IMG/VR virus record: IMGVR_UViG_3300044724_007351
Span: 1-31,947 of that record
Source of the DNA: a virus
Lineage: Duplodnaviria > Caudoviricetes
Strand: one strand, 5' to 3'
Length of the DNA stretch: 31,947 nucleotides
Below, piece by piece: positions 8,351 to 17,498 of this stretch; the stretch's first letter is position 1; every line of letters begins with the position of its first letter. The notes below the pieces were generated by a model. It did not search any database and was not told the origin of the DNA. It worked only from the letters and a program-made list of their open reading frames with translations. The translations under genes were made by a program, and so were the position numbers.

Positions 8351-11300
8351 TGGCTGCAGTACGTTACTTCTCTGAGTTTGGAAACATTGACGGCGACAAC
8401 TACCGGATCGAAATAATCGATTCAGATTATTCAGGCTCAAGCCCTTTTGAGTTTGTAGTTGAGCGTGGTTTCACTTTGACCTACCAAGGCGATGTGAAGG
8501 ATCCTTTTCAGGCGATTATCCCTTCAAAGGTGGAATTCGTGATGATGATGGAGAACGCCAATCACGAAGCCCTGCTCACTAACCTTTCGAGTTCTGCAGA
8601 AGGTCGTTATACGGTTCGGATATATGACCAAAGCACAGGATCGAACGTCCTGTTTTGGAACGGCACGATACTCGCAGACCAATTGTCCTTGATTGACGAG
8701 TACTATCCTCGGCGATGTCAATTGGTTGCTTCGGATGATTTACCTGCATTGAAAACAATTCCGTTTACTACTTCAAGCGGTGTAGGATACGGTGGCAAGG
8801 ATTTGCTTCGGGTGCATCTTTGGCAAGCGTTGTCAAAGGTTCGTTGGTTCGGCAACCTTGATTGGAATGACACCACCATTCGTTGGTCAAACAACTTTGT
8901 AGCAGCCGAAGAGGTTGATCCGGCCGGTGACCAATTCTCTTTGGTTCAACTGCACCACAGTTGTTGGTACAATTACACAGATGGCGTAGTGACCTCATTT
9001 GCAAGTGCTTACGAGGTCGTTGAAGACATTGCCAAAGCATTCAACTGTAGGATATTTCAGCACAAAGGAATCTTCAATATCGTGCCTGTTGGATCCTACG
9101 GAACGTTCACAACCGGATCGGCGGACATTGATTTCTACGGCCTTGACGGCTACGATAATGCAGACGCCTCATCTACGGCAGTTGATACAGAATTGGTTGC
9201 AGGAACGGATGTGTTTCGCCTAAAAGGAAACACCGAAATATTGTACGCACCTCATCGGCGTGTGGAGAAAACATGGAAGTGCAGAGGTGACATTGCTACG
9301 CTTCAGTTCACGCATTGGATAGGTGCAACGGGCATTGGTCAGGATCCACTAGGAACCATTGACGATGGTGGTTTTGCTTATGGGTTGGACGACGAACTGT
9401 TTTTCAATTATGACGTTCGTTACACGCCTGTCGGTGAAGCAAGTGACACAGCGGTTGCACCGTTTTTGAAACTTACAATCAAATGTGGCAACTACTATTG
9501 CGTCAACACCACAACCATTGGTTTGGCGCAAACAGGATACCACGCCAACGTCACTACAGCCTCTTGGACGACTACGGCAGGCTACTACTACGTTAAGTTG
9601 ACATCAGGATACGGAAATTGGGGCTACATAAACCTCAATTCGGCTTCGTTGCCTGAATACTTCAGTACGAACGGCTTGAGAGTGTTGCCTGCTTTGCCTG
9701 CTGATTTGGATACGCTTGAAATAACAACCGATGCAATTGCATACGACATTTCGGGAACGTCCTACGACAACCTTACTGATGAGGTTGGTGGGGCTGAGTT
9801 CTATGTGAATTTGTCCTTTGGCAGGAACAACGACAATATTGGTAACGCTACGGAACTCACTTGGTATGCGGATACAGGAACGGACAACGGCGAACTCATC
9901 TACACTCAGTCCGGACGAATAGGTTCAAACGGTTTCGGCGTTGGAAACAGCGGTCAACTACTTGACACAGCATCGGGCAACAGCGATCCAATCAATACTT
10001 GGGATTCATCGGCAAATGCAAGCCTAACCACAAACAACATTTCATCTCTTGGTGCTAACGAAATACTGTCGTTGATTCGCAAGCCGTTAGAAGCACGCGA
10101 CGGTGAGTTGAAAGGATCCTTTGTGTCACCTCTCAATTGGCTTTACATAGCCTCTTCAGGATACTTGGTGGCGGAATGTTCGTTCCAAGCATACGACAAA
10201 ATCAGTTCGTTTACCGCTTTCAAGATTCAACAGGACTTGAGTGGTATCTCGGTTCCGTCCGATCCGATAGGAACTTACAGTACGTCAGGACTGCCTTCAA
10301 AACCAAACGACAACCATTTGGCAGGAGTGACCGAAGAACTCTTTGATACGTTCACGGATATTGATGGCGACATCTCAGGAATCACTTCAAAGACAAACCT
10401 GATTACAATCACCCAAGCGGTGAACCTCGATGATGTTGAAACAGACTTAAACCAAGCAGAGGCCGACATCAATTCGCTTCAGTATTTTCAGACCAACGTA
10501 GAGGCCATTCTGAAGGCTTCATTCAGTGGCGGTGGGGCTGGCATATACCAAGACAGCAGCAAGGGCACCACGTCAAGCTATGTGGGTATCACAAGCACAC
10601 AAGCGCACTTACAAGCAGGATCAAATACGTACTTGGATTTGAGTGAAACGAGCCCGGGCAACTTGGACTTCTATGTTCAGGCAGGTGCAACCGGTAGCGA
10701 AGCAGCATTCAAAGCCATTGCAATTGACGGAAGCAGTACCGCCAACACGGCCACAGTTTCCTTCAATGCATCTACAGCCGGTTTGCAGTATTCTGACATA
10801 AGTGGAACACCGTCAATCCCGACCGGCGAACTGGTGAACGATACCACTCCACAATTGGGCGGTGACTTGGACGTCAATGGCAAAAAGATAAAAAGCACAA
10901 CGGACGTTGTTGTTCAAGTGGATTCTGACAACAACACCGCGCTATCAAAATTCATCATTCAAAATGGGGCGGGAACTCAAGTTTTTAGCGTTGACGAAGA
11001 GGGTACAAAACTGAGTACAACGGGCGCGGACAATGATATAAAAATTGGAAATTTGGACGGTTCGCTAGGGTCGTTCAACGGAATTTCTTTGAACGGTGAT
11101 TTGACCTATCCCGGAATCGTTGGTTTCGCGGGCGGATCAAACCAAAATGACTATTTCTATCTTTTTGGTGAAATCATCGACATTCGCGCGGGCGGAGCGT
11201 CGGACGCATCTGTTCGAATTGAAGAAACAAGTGGAAATACGCGCGTCGTAATCAACAGCACGTTTCCAATACCACAAACCCATAATTTCTATGTTGTGGG

Positions 11301-12894
11301 GACGGGAAAATTCACTGGAAACGTTGACGTAGGTGCTGGGCTAGACGTTACTGGAAACATCACCGTGACGGGAACAGTTGACGGAATTGACATTGCAACG
11401 GACGTTGCTGCAAACACGGCAAAAGTTGGATACACGGATGCTGCTGTTGACTTGCGAATTGCAGCAGCCAGTTTGGATGATTTAAGCGATGTCGATACGA
11501 CCACAACAGCACCAACAAACGGTGATGCATTAGTGTGGGATAACAGCGCAAGCAAGTGGGTTCCTGACGGCTCAGGCGGATCCGGCGGAGGTGGATCGGA
11601 TAGCTTCAATACAATTCAGGTTTCAGGTCAATCCGATGTAGTAGCCGATTCAGGAAACGACACTTTGACCTTGGTTGCAGGATCGAACTTGGCTATTACT
11701 ACGAACGCCACAACGGATACAATAACTTTCACACCAAGCCTGACACCAACGCTAACGAGCGCCACAATCGGGATACTTCTCACGAGTACAGGAATTGTAA
11801 ACTCAGGCACTCTAAGTTCTGGAAATACCACAATCAACGGCACCTTGAGCAGTGGTGCAATCACTTCGAGTGGAACGGTACAATGTCAAGGAATCAATTT
11901 TGCAGGAGCAGGCACAACCACGATTGCACCAGTAAGCAGCGGAGCCGCATTCCCTGATGATTTGGAGTTAAGCAGCAACGGCAACATTACGATGGTGCTT
12001 GACTATGATTCCGACGAGTCAGCTCAAGCATTTATCGTAAAAAATCAAGCCGGCACAATCATATTTCAAGTAGACGAAGACGGCATCAGTAGCGGTCTTT
12101 TCACTAGCACGACACCGACACTAGCGACCGTTTCTAATTTCGAAAGCACACAAACCGGTACGGTGACGGTCAGCAATTATGATTCTGATGTAACGTATCA
12201 GGTAAAACTCTACAACAGCAGCGGAACGGAACAAACCTCGCAAACGATCACCGACAATTCTGACGGAACTTGGTCAATTACCAATGGACCAATTTTGACG
12301 GGTGCATATGTCGAAGTATTGGCTTTGGAATTTGGCAAATTAGTCAGTGCAGTAGCCACGTCAAATTCGTTCAATATTACCGCTGCAGCAACCCAACAAC
12401 GGTACTGGCGTTTGCAAATAACTGACGCTAGTAAGAACCCAGTACACGACAAAGTTGCAATCGGCAACTTTCGACTATACACCGCTACCGGCGGAGGCGG
12501 AACTGCGTATCCATCGAACATGACAAGCGAAACAACCCCGTCACCCTATGTTGTCACAAAGGGCTATCAATATTCGTCAAGCTATCCGGCTTGGAAAGCA
12601 ATGGATGGAGGTGGTTCGTCAGCCTCATCTATGTGGTGGACATTAGGACTAAGCAGCGCCAATGCAGCGAACAATTGGATCCAAATTGACCTTGGAAGCA
12701 GCATTGATTTCGGAAGCGGGGAATGTCAGATAACCACGAGCGGTGGTTGGACTGATGCGGACTACGCAGTTTTGTACGGAAGCAACACAGGCGATTTCAC
12801 AGGCGAAGAACGAGAGATGGCGTTCTTTCAGAACATTGACACATCAGGTCAATCAGGTGGCACATTCACAACCTTTACTGAATCAATAACATGA
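8350..12894 (+). CDS. Large tail tip / fibre (receptor-binding) protein
   Basis: 1514 aa, follows tape measure; G/S/T-rich beta segments, PQLGGDLDVNG and LDDLSDV...GDALVWD fibre motifs, C-terminal discoidin-like domain. Confidence 0.88.
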   Translation: MAAVRYFSEFGNIDGDNYRIEIIDSDYSGSSPFEFVVERGFTLTYQGDVKDPFQAIIPSKVEFVMMMENANHEALLTNLSSSAEGRYTVRIYDQSTGSNVLFWNGTILADQLSLIDEYYPRRCQLVASDDLPALKTIPFTTSSGVGYGGKDLLRVHLWQALSKVRWFGNLDWNDTTIRWSNNFVAAEEVDPAGDQFSLVQLHHSCWYNYTDGVVTSFASAYEVVEDIAKAFNCRIFQHKGIFNIVPVGSYGTFTTGSADIDFYGLDGYDNADASSTAVDTELVAGTDVFRLKGNTEILYAPHRRVEKTWKCRGDIATLQFTHWIGATGIGQDPLGTIDDGGFAYGLDDELFFNYDVRYTPVGEASDTAVAPFLKLTIKCGNYYCVNTTTIGLAQTGYHANVTTASWTTTAGYYYVKLTSGYGNWGYINLNSASLPEYFSTNGLRVLPALPADLDTLEITTDAIAYDISGTSYDNLTDEVGGAEFYVNLSFGRNNDNIGNATELTWYADTGTDNGELIYTQSGRIGSNGFGVGNSGQLLDTASGNSDPINTWDSSANASLTTNNISSLGANEILSLIRKPLEARDGELKGSFVSPLNWLYIASSGYLVAECSFQAYDKISSFTAFKIQQDLSGISVPSDPIGTYSTSGLPSKPNDNHLAGVTEELFDTFTDIDGDISGITSKTNLITITQAVNLDDVETDLNQAEADINSLQYFQTNVEAILKASFSGGGAGIYQDSSKGTTSSYVGITSTQAHLQAGSNTYLDLSETSPGNLDFYVQAGATGSEAAFKAIAIDGSSTANTATVSFNASTAGLQYSDISGTPSIPTGELVNDTTPQLGGDLDVNGKKIKSTTDVVVQVDSDNNTALSKFIIQNGAGTQVFSVDEEGTKLSTTGADNDIKIGNLDGSLGSFNGISLNGDLTYPGIVGFAGGSNQNDYFYLFGEIIDIRAGGASDASVRIEETSGNTRVVINSTFPIPQTHNFYVVGTGKFTGNVDVGAGLDVTGNITVTGTVDGIDIATDVAANTAKVGYTDAAVDLRIAAASLDDLSDVDTTTTAPTNGDALVWDNSASKWVPDGSGGSGGGGSDSFNTIQVSGQSDVVADSGNDTLTLVAGSNLAITTNATTDTITFTPSLTPTLTSATIGILLTSTGIVNSGTLSSGNTTINGTLSSGAITSSGTVQCQGINFAGAGTTTIAPVSSGAAFPDDLELSSNGNITMVLDYDSDESAQAFIVKNQAGTIIFQVDEDGISSGLFTSTTPTLATVSNFESTQTGTVTVSNYDSDVTYQVKLYNSSGTEQTSQTITDNSDGTWSITNGPILTGAYVEVLALEFGKLVSAVATSNSFNITAAATQQRYWRLQITDASKNPVHDKVAIGNFRLYTATGGGGTAYPSNMTSETTPSPYVVTKGYQYSSSYPAWKAMDGGGSSASSMWWTLGLSSANAANNWIQIDLGSSIDFGSGECQITTSGGWTDADYAVLYGSNTGDFTGEEREMAFFQNIDTSGQSGGTFTTFTESIT

Positions 12895-13124
12895 CACTAG
12901 ACGAAGGAGCAACCAACGAAATAAACACCCGATGGCCTGAATACAAGCAACGCAATTGTGCGTTGATGGGTGATTTGTACGGACGGCAGTACACCGACAA
13001 TATGACTATTGGCATTCAATTGGTTCGTGACCACTACGCTCGGCTAACAAACGAAGGATCCACTGTGTGGTCGATACCAACTGAACTTGGTTTATTGCTT
13101 GACGAGTTAGCAGGAATTCGTTAA
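12891..13124 (+). CDS. Small protein, possible fibre chaperone
   Basis: 77 aa, ATGA overlap with the fibre gene. Confidence 0.6.
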   Translation: MTLDEGATNEINTRWPEYKQRNCALMGDLYGRQYTDNMTIGIQLVRDHYARLTNEGSTVWSIPTELGLLLDELAGIR

Positions 13125-13147
13125 AACTGAATCAATTATCTTGCACT

Positions 13148-13363
13148 ATGACTGACGAGGCGGTAATTGCATTTGCATCATTTGCATTGGGTACGGTGAT
13201 GGCATTCATAAAGCAGAGTAATGACGTGGCACGTTTACGCGAAAGGATAAAACAGATTGAAAGGACTGAACAGCGCGTTGAAGATGTGTTGGTCAAATTA
13301 ACCGAGAGTATGAATCGCGTTGAACGAGCGTTGGTCAAAGCAGGACTCATCGATGTAGATTAG
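13148..13363 (+). CDS. Small membrane-anchored coiled-coil protein (lysis accessory/holin-like)
   Basis: N-terminal hydrophobic helix then heptad-like charged region; start of lysis cassette. Confidence 0.6.
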   Translation: MTDEAVIAFASFALGTVMAFIKQSNDVARLRERIKQIERTEQRVEDVLVKLTESMNRVERALVKAGLIDVD

Positions 13364-13364
13364 G

Positions 13365-14204
13365 ATGTTTGGCACGGTTAAGCAAGAGAGCCGAACGTGT
13401 TTCACATTACGGTTAAAGGAGCAACCAAAGTTGCTTTTGATTAGCGACGTCCATTTCGATTCGGTCAAGTGCGATAGGATCCTTCTCTTCAAGCACTTGG
13501 ACAAAGCACAGGCAGAAGGCTACAACGTATTCATCTTCGGCGATTTGTTTGACCTGATGGGTGGCAAATACGATCCTCGAAGCAGCTATTCAGACATACG
13601 CCCTGAGTACAAAAGCATCACCTACTTGGATGATGTAATTGAAGATGCATACGAGCGATTGAAGAAGTACGATTGCATTCGTTTCATCTCGCGAGGCAAC
13701 CACGAAACCAATATCGAAAAGCGGATGCACACAAGCCCACTCGATAGGTTTGCTCAAATGTTTCCGGCAGAGAAACGCCCACGAGTGGCAGGGTATAGTG
13801 GTTGGATAAAGGTGGTGCAAGAGGTCAAAGGATCACACCGAAGCATTCAAAGTTTGATACACTATCACCACGGGTACGGTGGCAACGCACGCCGATCCAA
13901 GGGCGTGTTGAATGTTGATATTGACCAAATGCAATTCGCCGATGCAGACCTAATCGTCCGAGGCCATACACATCAGAAATGGCACCTGCCTATCACCACG
14001 GATCGAATCACGCTTCGGTCAATGCGATTACACCAAAGGACAACGCATCACCTTCAATTGGGTAGCTACAAACTACTTGGTGACCGGTTTGCAGGTTGGG
14101 CTACCGAGAAAGGATTTCTCACGCCTCGGTTAGGTGGTTGGTGGGCTGAATTGAATAAGTCCAAATACGACGATCCACAATGGCTTATCTTTGAAGCAAA
14201 CTAG
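13365..14204 (+). CDS. Calcineurin-like metallophosphoesterase
   Basis: SDVH, GDLFD, GNHE, HHG, GHTH motifs in canonical order. Confidence 0.9.
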   Translation: MFGTVKQESRTCFTLRLKEQPKLLLISDVHFDSVKCDRILLFKHLDKAQAEGYNVFIFGDLFDLMGGKYDPRSSYSDIRPEYKSITYLDDVIEDAYERLKKYDCIRFISRGNHETNIEKRMHTSPLDRFAQMFPAEKRPRVAGYSGWIKVVQEVKGSHRSIQSLIHYHHGYGGNARRSKGVLNVDIDQMQFADADLIVRGHTHQKWHLPITTDRITLRSMRLHQRTTHHLQLGSYKLLGDRFAGWATEKGFLTPRLGGWWAELNKSKYDDPQWLIFEAN

Positions 14205-14210
14205 GATAAA

Positions 14211-14582
14211 ATGAGCCAATACAAATATTTTACACTTGAAGAGTTCGATAGTCCTGACGAACCTGGATCCGGTTCTAAGATGGATCCTGAGTTCTTGCAG
14301 TTGTTAGATTCTGCAAGAGCACGCGCTGGCGTACCGTTCAAAATCAATTCGGGCTATCGGACACCTGCTCAAAATCGCAAGGTCGGTGGGGTAGTTAAGA
14401 GCCCTCATATGGCCGGTTTTGCAGCAGACATCAGCACGCGCGATAGCAGGACGCGATGGTTAGTTGTCGAGGCTTGCATTGCCGTCGGTTTCAATCGTGT
14501 AGGTATCGGCCCTACCTTCGTACACGTAGATTGCGATCCGTCGAAACACGAGGACTGCATTTGGACTTATTACAACAAATAG
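14211..14582 (+). CDS. Endolysin, peptidase M15A family
   Basis: INSGYR, S.H..G.AAD, FVHVD motifs. Confidence 0.9.
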   Translation: MSQYKYFTLEEFDSPDEPGSGSKMDPEFLQLLDSARARAGVPFKINSGYRTPAQNRKVGGVVKSPHMAGFAADISTRDSRTRWLVVEACIAVGFNRVGIGPTFVHVDCDPSKHEDCIWTYYNK

Positions 14583-14586
14583 AGAA

Positions 14587-14751
14587 ATGGATATTATCTT
14601 ATCAAATTGGGCTGAAATATTGCTCGGAATCATCGCAGTTGCAGACATCATCGTTAGTGCAACGCCTTCAACAAAAGACGACAAGGTACTGGGATACTTT
14701 CGTGTGGTCGTAAACGCTTTGTCAGGGCGTAACAAGAGAAAGAAGAAGTAA
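14587..14751 (+). CDS. Putative holin (54 aa; not in ORF track)
   Basis: Own translation MDIILSNWAEILLGIIAVADIIVSATPSTKDDKVLGYFRVVVNALSGRNKRKKK: hydrophobic helix, basic C-tail, follows endolysin. Confidence 0.72.
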   Translation: MDIILSNWAEILLGIIAVADIIVSATPSTKDDKVLGYFRVVVNALSGRNKRKKK

Positions 14752-14775
14752 TTCGGGGTTCATAGGTTAGGGTGG

Positions 14776-14811
14776 AAACGTCGCTACATTCGTGTGGTGG
14801 CGTTTTTTTTT
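14776..14811 (+). terminator. Intrinsic terminator ending the late operon
   Basis: AAACGTCGCTACA-ttcg-TGTGGTGGCGTTT (with GU pairs) then T run. Confidence 0.8.
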
Positions 14812-14851
14812 GCGCAACTGTTGCCTTGTTTGAATCTTTGCCTGTATTTAG
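14803..14851 (+). promoter_or_regulatory. Conserved early-type promoter, copy 2
   Basis: T9-GCGCAACT-GTTGC-20nt-TATTTAG, followed by AAAC-rich leader. Confidence 0.7.
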
Positions 14852-14878
14852 CCTTGTCAAACCAATCAAACAAACACT

Positions 14879-15094
14879 ATGGAAGTAGGACAAATAAGAC
14901 GCCACGCGGAAGTTCGCCGGCGCAAGGGAACTTACAAAGAGATAGTAACGTATGACCTGTGTATTGGTCATGAACCAGTGGATCCTGTGATACAACGATT
15001 GACTGGGAATGGACAAACGGTCTGTAACATTATACGGTCATTCAGAACACGCGCTGAGGCAGAAGATTACAAGAAGAAAATCAAGCTGAAATGA
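14879..15094 (+). CDS. Hypothetical protein
   Basis: 71 aa directly after promoter/leader; C-terminal F.TR.EAE.Y motif. Confidence 0.7.
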   Translation: MEVGQIRRHAEVRRRKGTYKEIVTYDLCIGHEPVDPVIQRLTGNGQTVCNIIRSFRTRAEAEDYKKKIKLK

Positions 15095-15258
15095 AACGTA
15101 TATCTCGAAAACAGGTTCGTGGGCTCGAAGTCCACACCTACGCTCCGGAGTTAAACAAACTTCACTTCAAGGATGGATCCGAAGCGCGTTGTCCAAACAT
15201 CATTTCAATCGACGAAGCAATTCGGTACGTTGAAGAGAACAACATTCCACGAATCTAG
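15091..15258 (+). CDS. Hypothetical protein (55 aa; not in ORF track)
   Basis: ATGA overlap with previous gene; MKRISRKQVRG...NNIPRI; ends just before terminator. Confidence 0.65.
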   Translation: MKRISRKQVRGLEVHTYAPELNKLHFKDGSEARCPNIISIDEAIRYVEENNIPRI

Positions 15259-15263
15259 AAAAT

Positions 15264-15287
15264 AGCCTCGAAAGAGGCTTTTTTTTT
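15264..15287 (+). terminator. Intrinsic terminator
   Basis: AGCCTC-gaaa-GAGGCT followed by T run. Confidence 0.85.
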
Positions 15288-15327
15288 GTGTAACTGTTGC
15301 CTCGTTTGGAAACACGCCGTTAATTAG
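15279..15327 (+). promoter_or_regulatory. Conserved early-type promoter, copy 3
   Basis: T9-GTGTAACT-GTTGC-20nt-TAATTAG then CAACAAACAAC leader. Confidence 0.7.
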
Positions 15328-15348
15328 CCCCAACAAACAACGGAAGCT

Positions 15349-15696
15349 ATGAATCAAACAAACAGCACCATGACAGAACAAAAGGACATCTTCGTACGCG
15401 AGAGCATCGCTCGCAAGCAAGCCAAATTCGTATGTGAATCATACATCGCCTACCCACAAGTGCAGAGCGATATGGAACTCTCAAACGATGACGCGGTACA
15501 CTTCGCAATCATTGCGCAGAACCTTCGCAAGGCGTTTGTGGCTAGTAAGAACCACACGCTCGCACAATTGGCTGGCCACGAGGTACTCAAGAAGCAGTAC
15601 TTGTACCAACGCGCTACTGCCATCGCAAAGGTGGAACAATTGTGGCCACTGTTGGCTACGAAGCACGTTTGGCCTACTGAGTGGAAGTCGGAATGA
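15349..15696 (+). CDS. Hypothetical protein
   Basis: 115 aa after promoter 3; ATGA-coupled to methyltransferase. Confidence 0.7.
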   Translation: MNQTNSTMTEQKDIFVRESIARKQAKFVCESYIAYPQVQSDMELSNDDAVHFAIIAQNLRKAFVASKNHTLAQLAGHEVLKKQYLYQRATAIAKVEQLWPLLATKHVWPTEWKSE

Positions 15697-16340
15697 GGAT
15701 CCTTGAATTGTTTGCCGGTAGCCGTTCCTTTGGAACGGTTGCCGAGCGCCTAGGTCACGAAGTATTCAGTTCAGACATCAATGCTTTTGACGGCATCGAT
15801 TACGTCTGCGACATACTCGCATTCGATGTATCAAAGGTTCCATTCAAGCCCGACATCATTTGGGCTTCGCCACCTTGTACCTACTTCAGCGTAGCAAGCA
15901 TCGGTCACCATTGGTATCCTGACCACACGCCGAAAACCGAAAACGCTTTACTCGGTGTTAGGATCGTAGAGGCCACATTGAAGATTATAGAACACTTCGA
16001 TCCTGAATTCTACTTTATGGAAAACCCTCGTGGCAAACTTCGAAAGCTACCCGTTGTCAAAGGAATACCGCGAGCGACAGTTTGTTATTGTCAGTACGGC
16101 GACACGAGGATGAAACCAACCGACATTTGGACGAATCATCTTGCCGAAGGTTTGTTCTCGAAAGGTTGGATACCAAGAAAGATGTGCTTCAACGGCAACA
16201 AAGCGTGTCACCACGAACCTGCTCCAAGAGGTAGCCGAACCGGCACTCAAGGACTCAAAGGAAACTACGAACGGAGCAAGCTACCGGAGCAACTTTGCTA
16301 CGAAATCCTTCGGAGTTGTATGCAGGATCCGATTGCGTGA
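15693..16340 (+). CDS. Short C5-cytosine DNA methyltransferase-like protein
   Basis: Motif I LELFAG, motif IV ASPPC, motif VI ENP; start set at ATG 15693. Confidence 0.85.
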   Translation: MRILELFAGSRSFGTVAERLGHEVFSSDINAFDGIDYVCDILAFDVSKVPFKPDIIWASPPCTYFSVASIGHHWYPDHTPKTENALLGVRIVEATLKIIEHFDPEFYFMENPRGKLRKLPVVKGIPRATVCYCQYGDTRMKPTDIWTNHLAEGLFSKGWIPRKMCFNGNKACHHEPAPRGSRTGTQGLKGNYERSKLPEQLCYEILRSCMQDPIA

Positions 16341-16367
16341 AGAAAAAAATTCAGGGAAAAACGCAAA

Positions 16368-16414
16368 TTTTTTGGTGTAGGTGTTGCCTACATTGGAACT
16401 TCACCGTACTTTTA
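16368..16414 (+). promoter_or_regulatory. Conserved early-type promoter, copy 4
   Basis: T6-GGTGTAGGT-GTTGC-19nt-TACTTTTA then AACAAACAACAAAC leader. Confidence 0.65.
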
Positions 16415-16445
16415 CCACATGAACAAACAACAAACACACGGAACA

Positions 16446-16745
16446 ATGATCCACATCAGCACCACACCCGAATTCAACGAATTGCTTTCTGCAACGCAGA
16501 ACCATTGGTCACTCTGCCGATCCAAGGACTTGGAAGACGCTTTCACTCTTGCAGCACAAGAACTTGCTGAAGCAACCAACTGTGAAGAGGTTGTTGAGGT
16601 GGCTTTCCAATACCACCGCGAAGTAATGGAGAACGCAATCAACTGCCTTTCAGACCAAGTGTTTTGGACTACTTCACCCGTCAGCAGTTTGATTGGAGCG
16701 ATTGTCGAAGCAATCGACATTGAAATGGAAACTTTGTTCGGCTAA
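16446..16745 (+). CDS. Small acidic hypothetical protein
   Basis: About 17 D/E versus 3 K/R; start placed after AAAC leader (alternative ATG 16419). Confidence 0.7.
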   Translation: MIHISTTPEFNELLSATQNHWSLCRSKDLEDAFTLAAQELAEATNCEEVVEVAFQYHREVMENAINCLSDQVFWTTSPVSSLIGAIVEAIDIEMETLFG

Positions 16746-16768
16746 TCGGATCGAAAACAAACAAACAG

Positions 16769-16999
16769 ATGATTTACGAAGCTACCTTCTACTACGATGG
16801 CGTTTGGTTTGACGCTATTTGGACTGCCGAGAAAGAGTCCGGCAATCAATCTCTCTACGTGAAGACGAAATCCGAAGAGGAGAAAACTACAATCATGTAC
16901 CCACGACGCAACCCGTTTAGTGAGGATCGTTCCTCCGCCGACAGCCTTCGAGGCTTCGTGATTGCGTTGTATGAATTAGGACACATCAAACCCCTATAA
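16769..16999 (+). CDS. Hypothetical protein
   Basis: 76 aa preceded by AAAACAAACAAACAG leader. Confidence 0.7.
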   Translation: MIYEATFYYDGVWFDAIWTAEKESGNQSLYVKTKSEEEKTTIMYPRRNPFSEDRSSADSLRGFVIALYELGHIKPL

Positions 17000-17002
17000 C
17001 CA

Positions 17003-17281
17003 ATGGAACTCTTTGATAAATTCTACATCGCCGAACATCTCGTTCCGGCAATCATTAACGGCGATTGGTCAGGACTGGCCGACGTTGAAGAACAACACCT
17101 CAAGTGGTGGTTGGGTGAACGCTACATTGACGTTCAGGATGAATTCGGTGACCTGCCGTATCACTACCAACTTGTTGCAGAAGCAAGCGACAACTTTCGT
17201 GAATGCGATGTATGTGAATTGCTTGCTCACTGCTGCACCCTAGCCGTTTACGTTCACACTCAAGCAGGATCCAATGAATGA
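17003..17281 (+). CDS. Acidic hypothetical protein with CxxC
   Basis: 92 aa; AIINGDWSGL and CDVC motifs; tight packing. Confidence 0.7.
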   Translation: MELFDKFYIAEHLVPAIINGDWSGLADVEEQHLKWWLGERYIDVQDEFGDLPYHYQLVAEASDNFRECDVCELLAHCCTLAVYVHTQAGSNE

Positions 17282-17498
17282 TTTCTTCACTATCGGTTTC
17301 TTCAAGAAGTATCAGAAGAACCTTCACTATCGGTTGGACGACAACCGTTGCGCGAAAGTGTACTCGTACAACACCCTCGTTGCAATCCAAATTGACGATG
17401 AATTGGTTGAGCAGGGCTATTGGTCTACAACAACGCGCAAGCACGTCAATTACGCTGCAAGCGAGTTAGGATTAACCGTCAAACACTTTGGGCTATGA
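17274..17498 (+). CDS. Hypothetical phage protein
   Basis: 74 aa; YSYNT.VA and WS.TT.KH.NY pattern familiar from small phage early proteins. Confidence 0.7.
   Translation: MNDFFTIGFFKKYQKNLHYRLDDNRCAKVYSYNTLVAIQIDDELVEQGYWSTTTRKHVNYAASELGLTVKHFGL

Noticed and set aside
8350-12894. Diversity-generating retroelement or invertase-driven fibre switching
   Set aside because: No reverse transcriptase, invertase or nucleotide-level TR/VR pair seen
14758-14768. GTTCATAGGTT after the holin is antisense to AACCTATGAA at the NinG start (21044-21053); a loosely similar word follows the capsid stop
   Set aside because: Only a 10-nt match, compatible with chance
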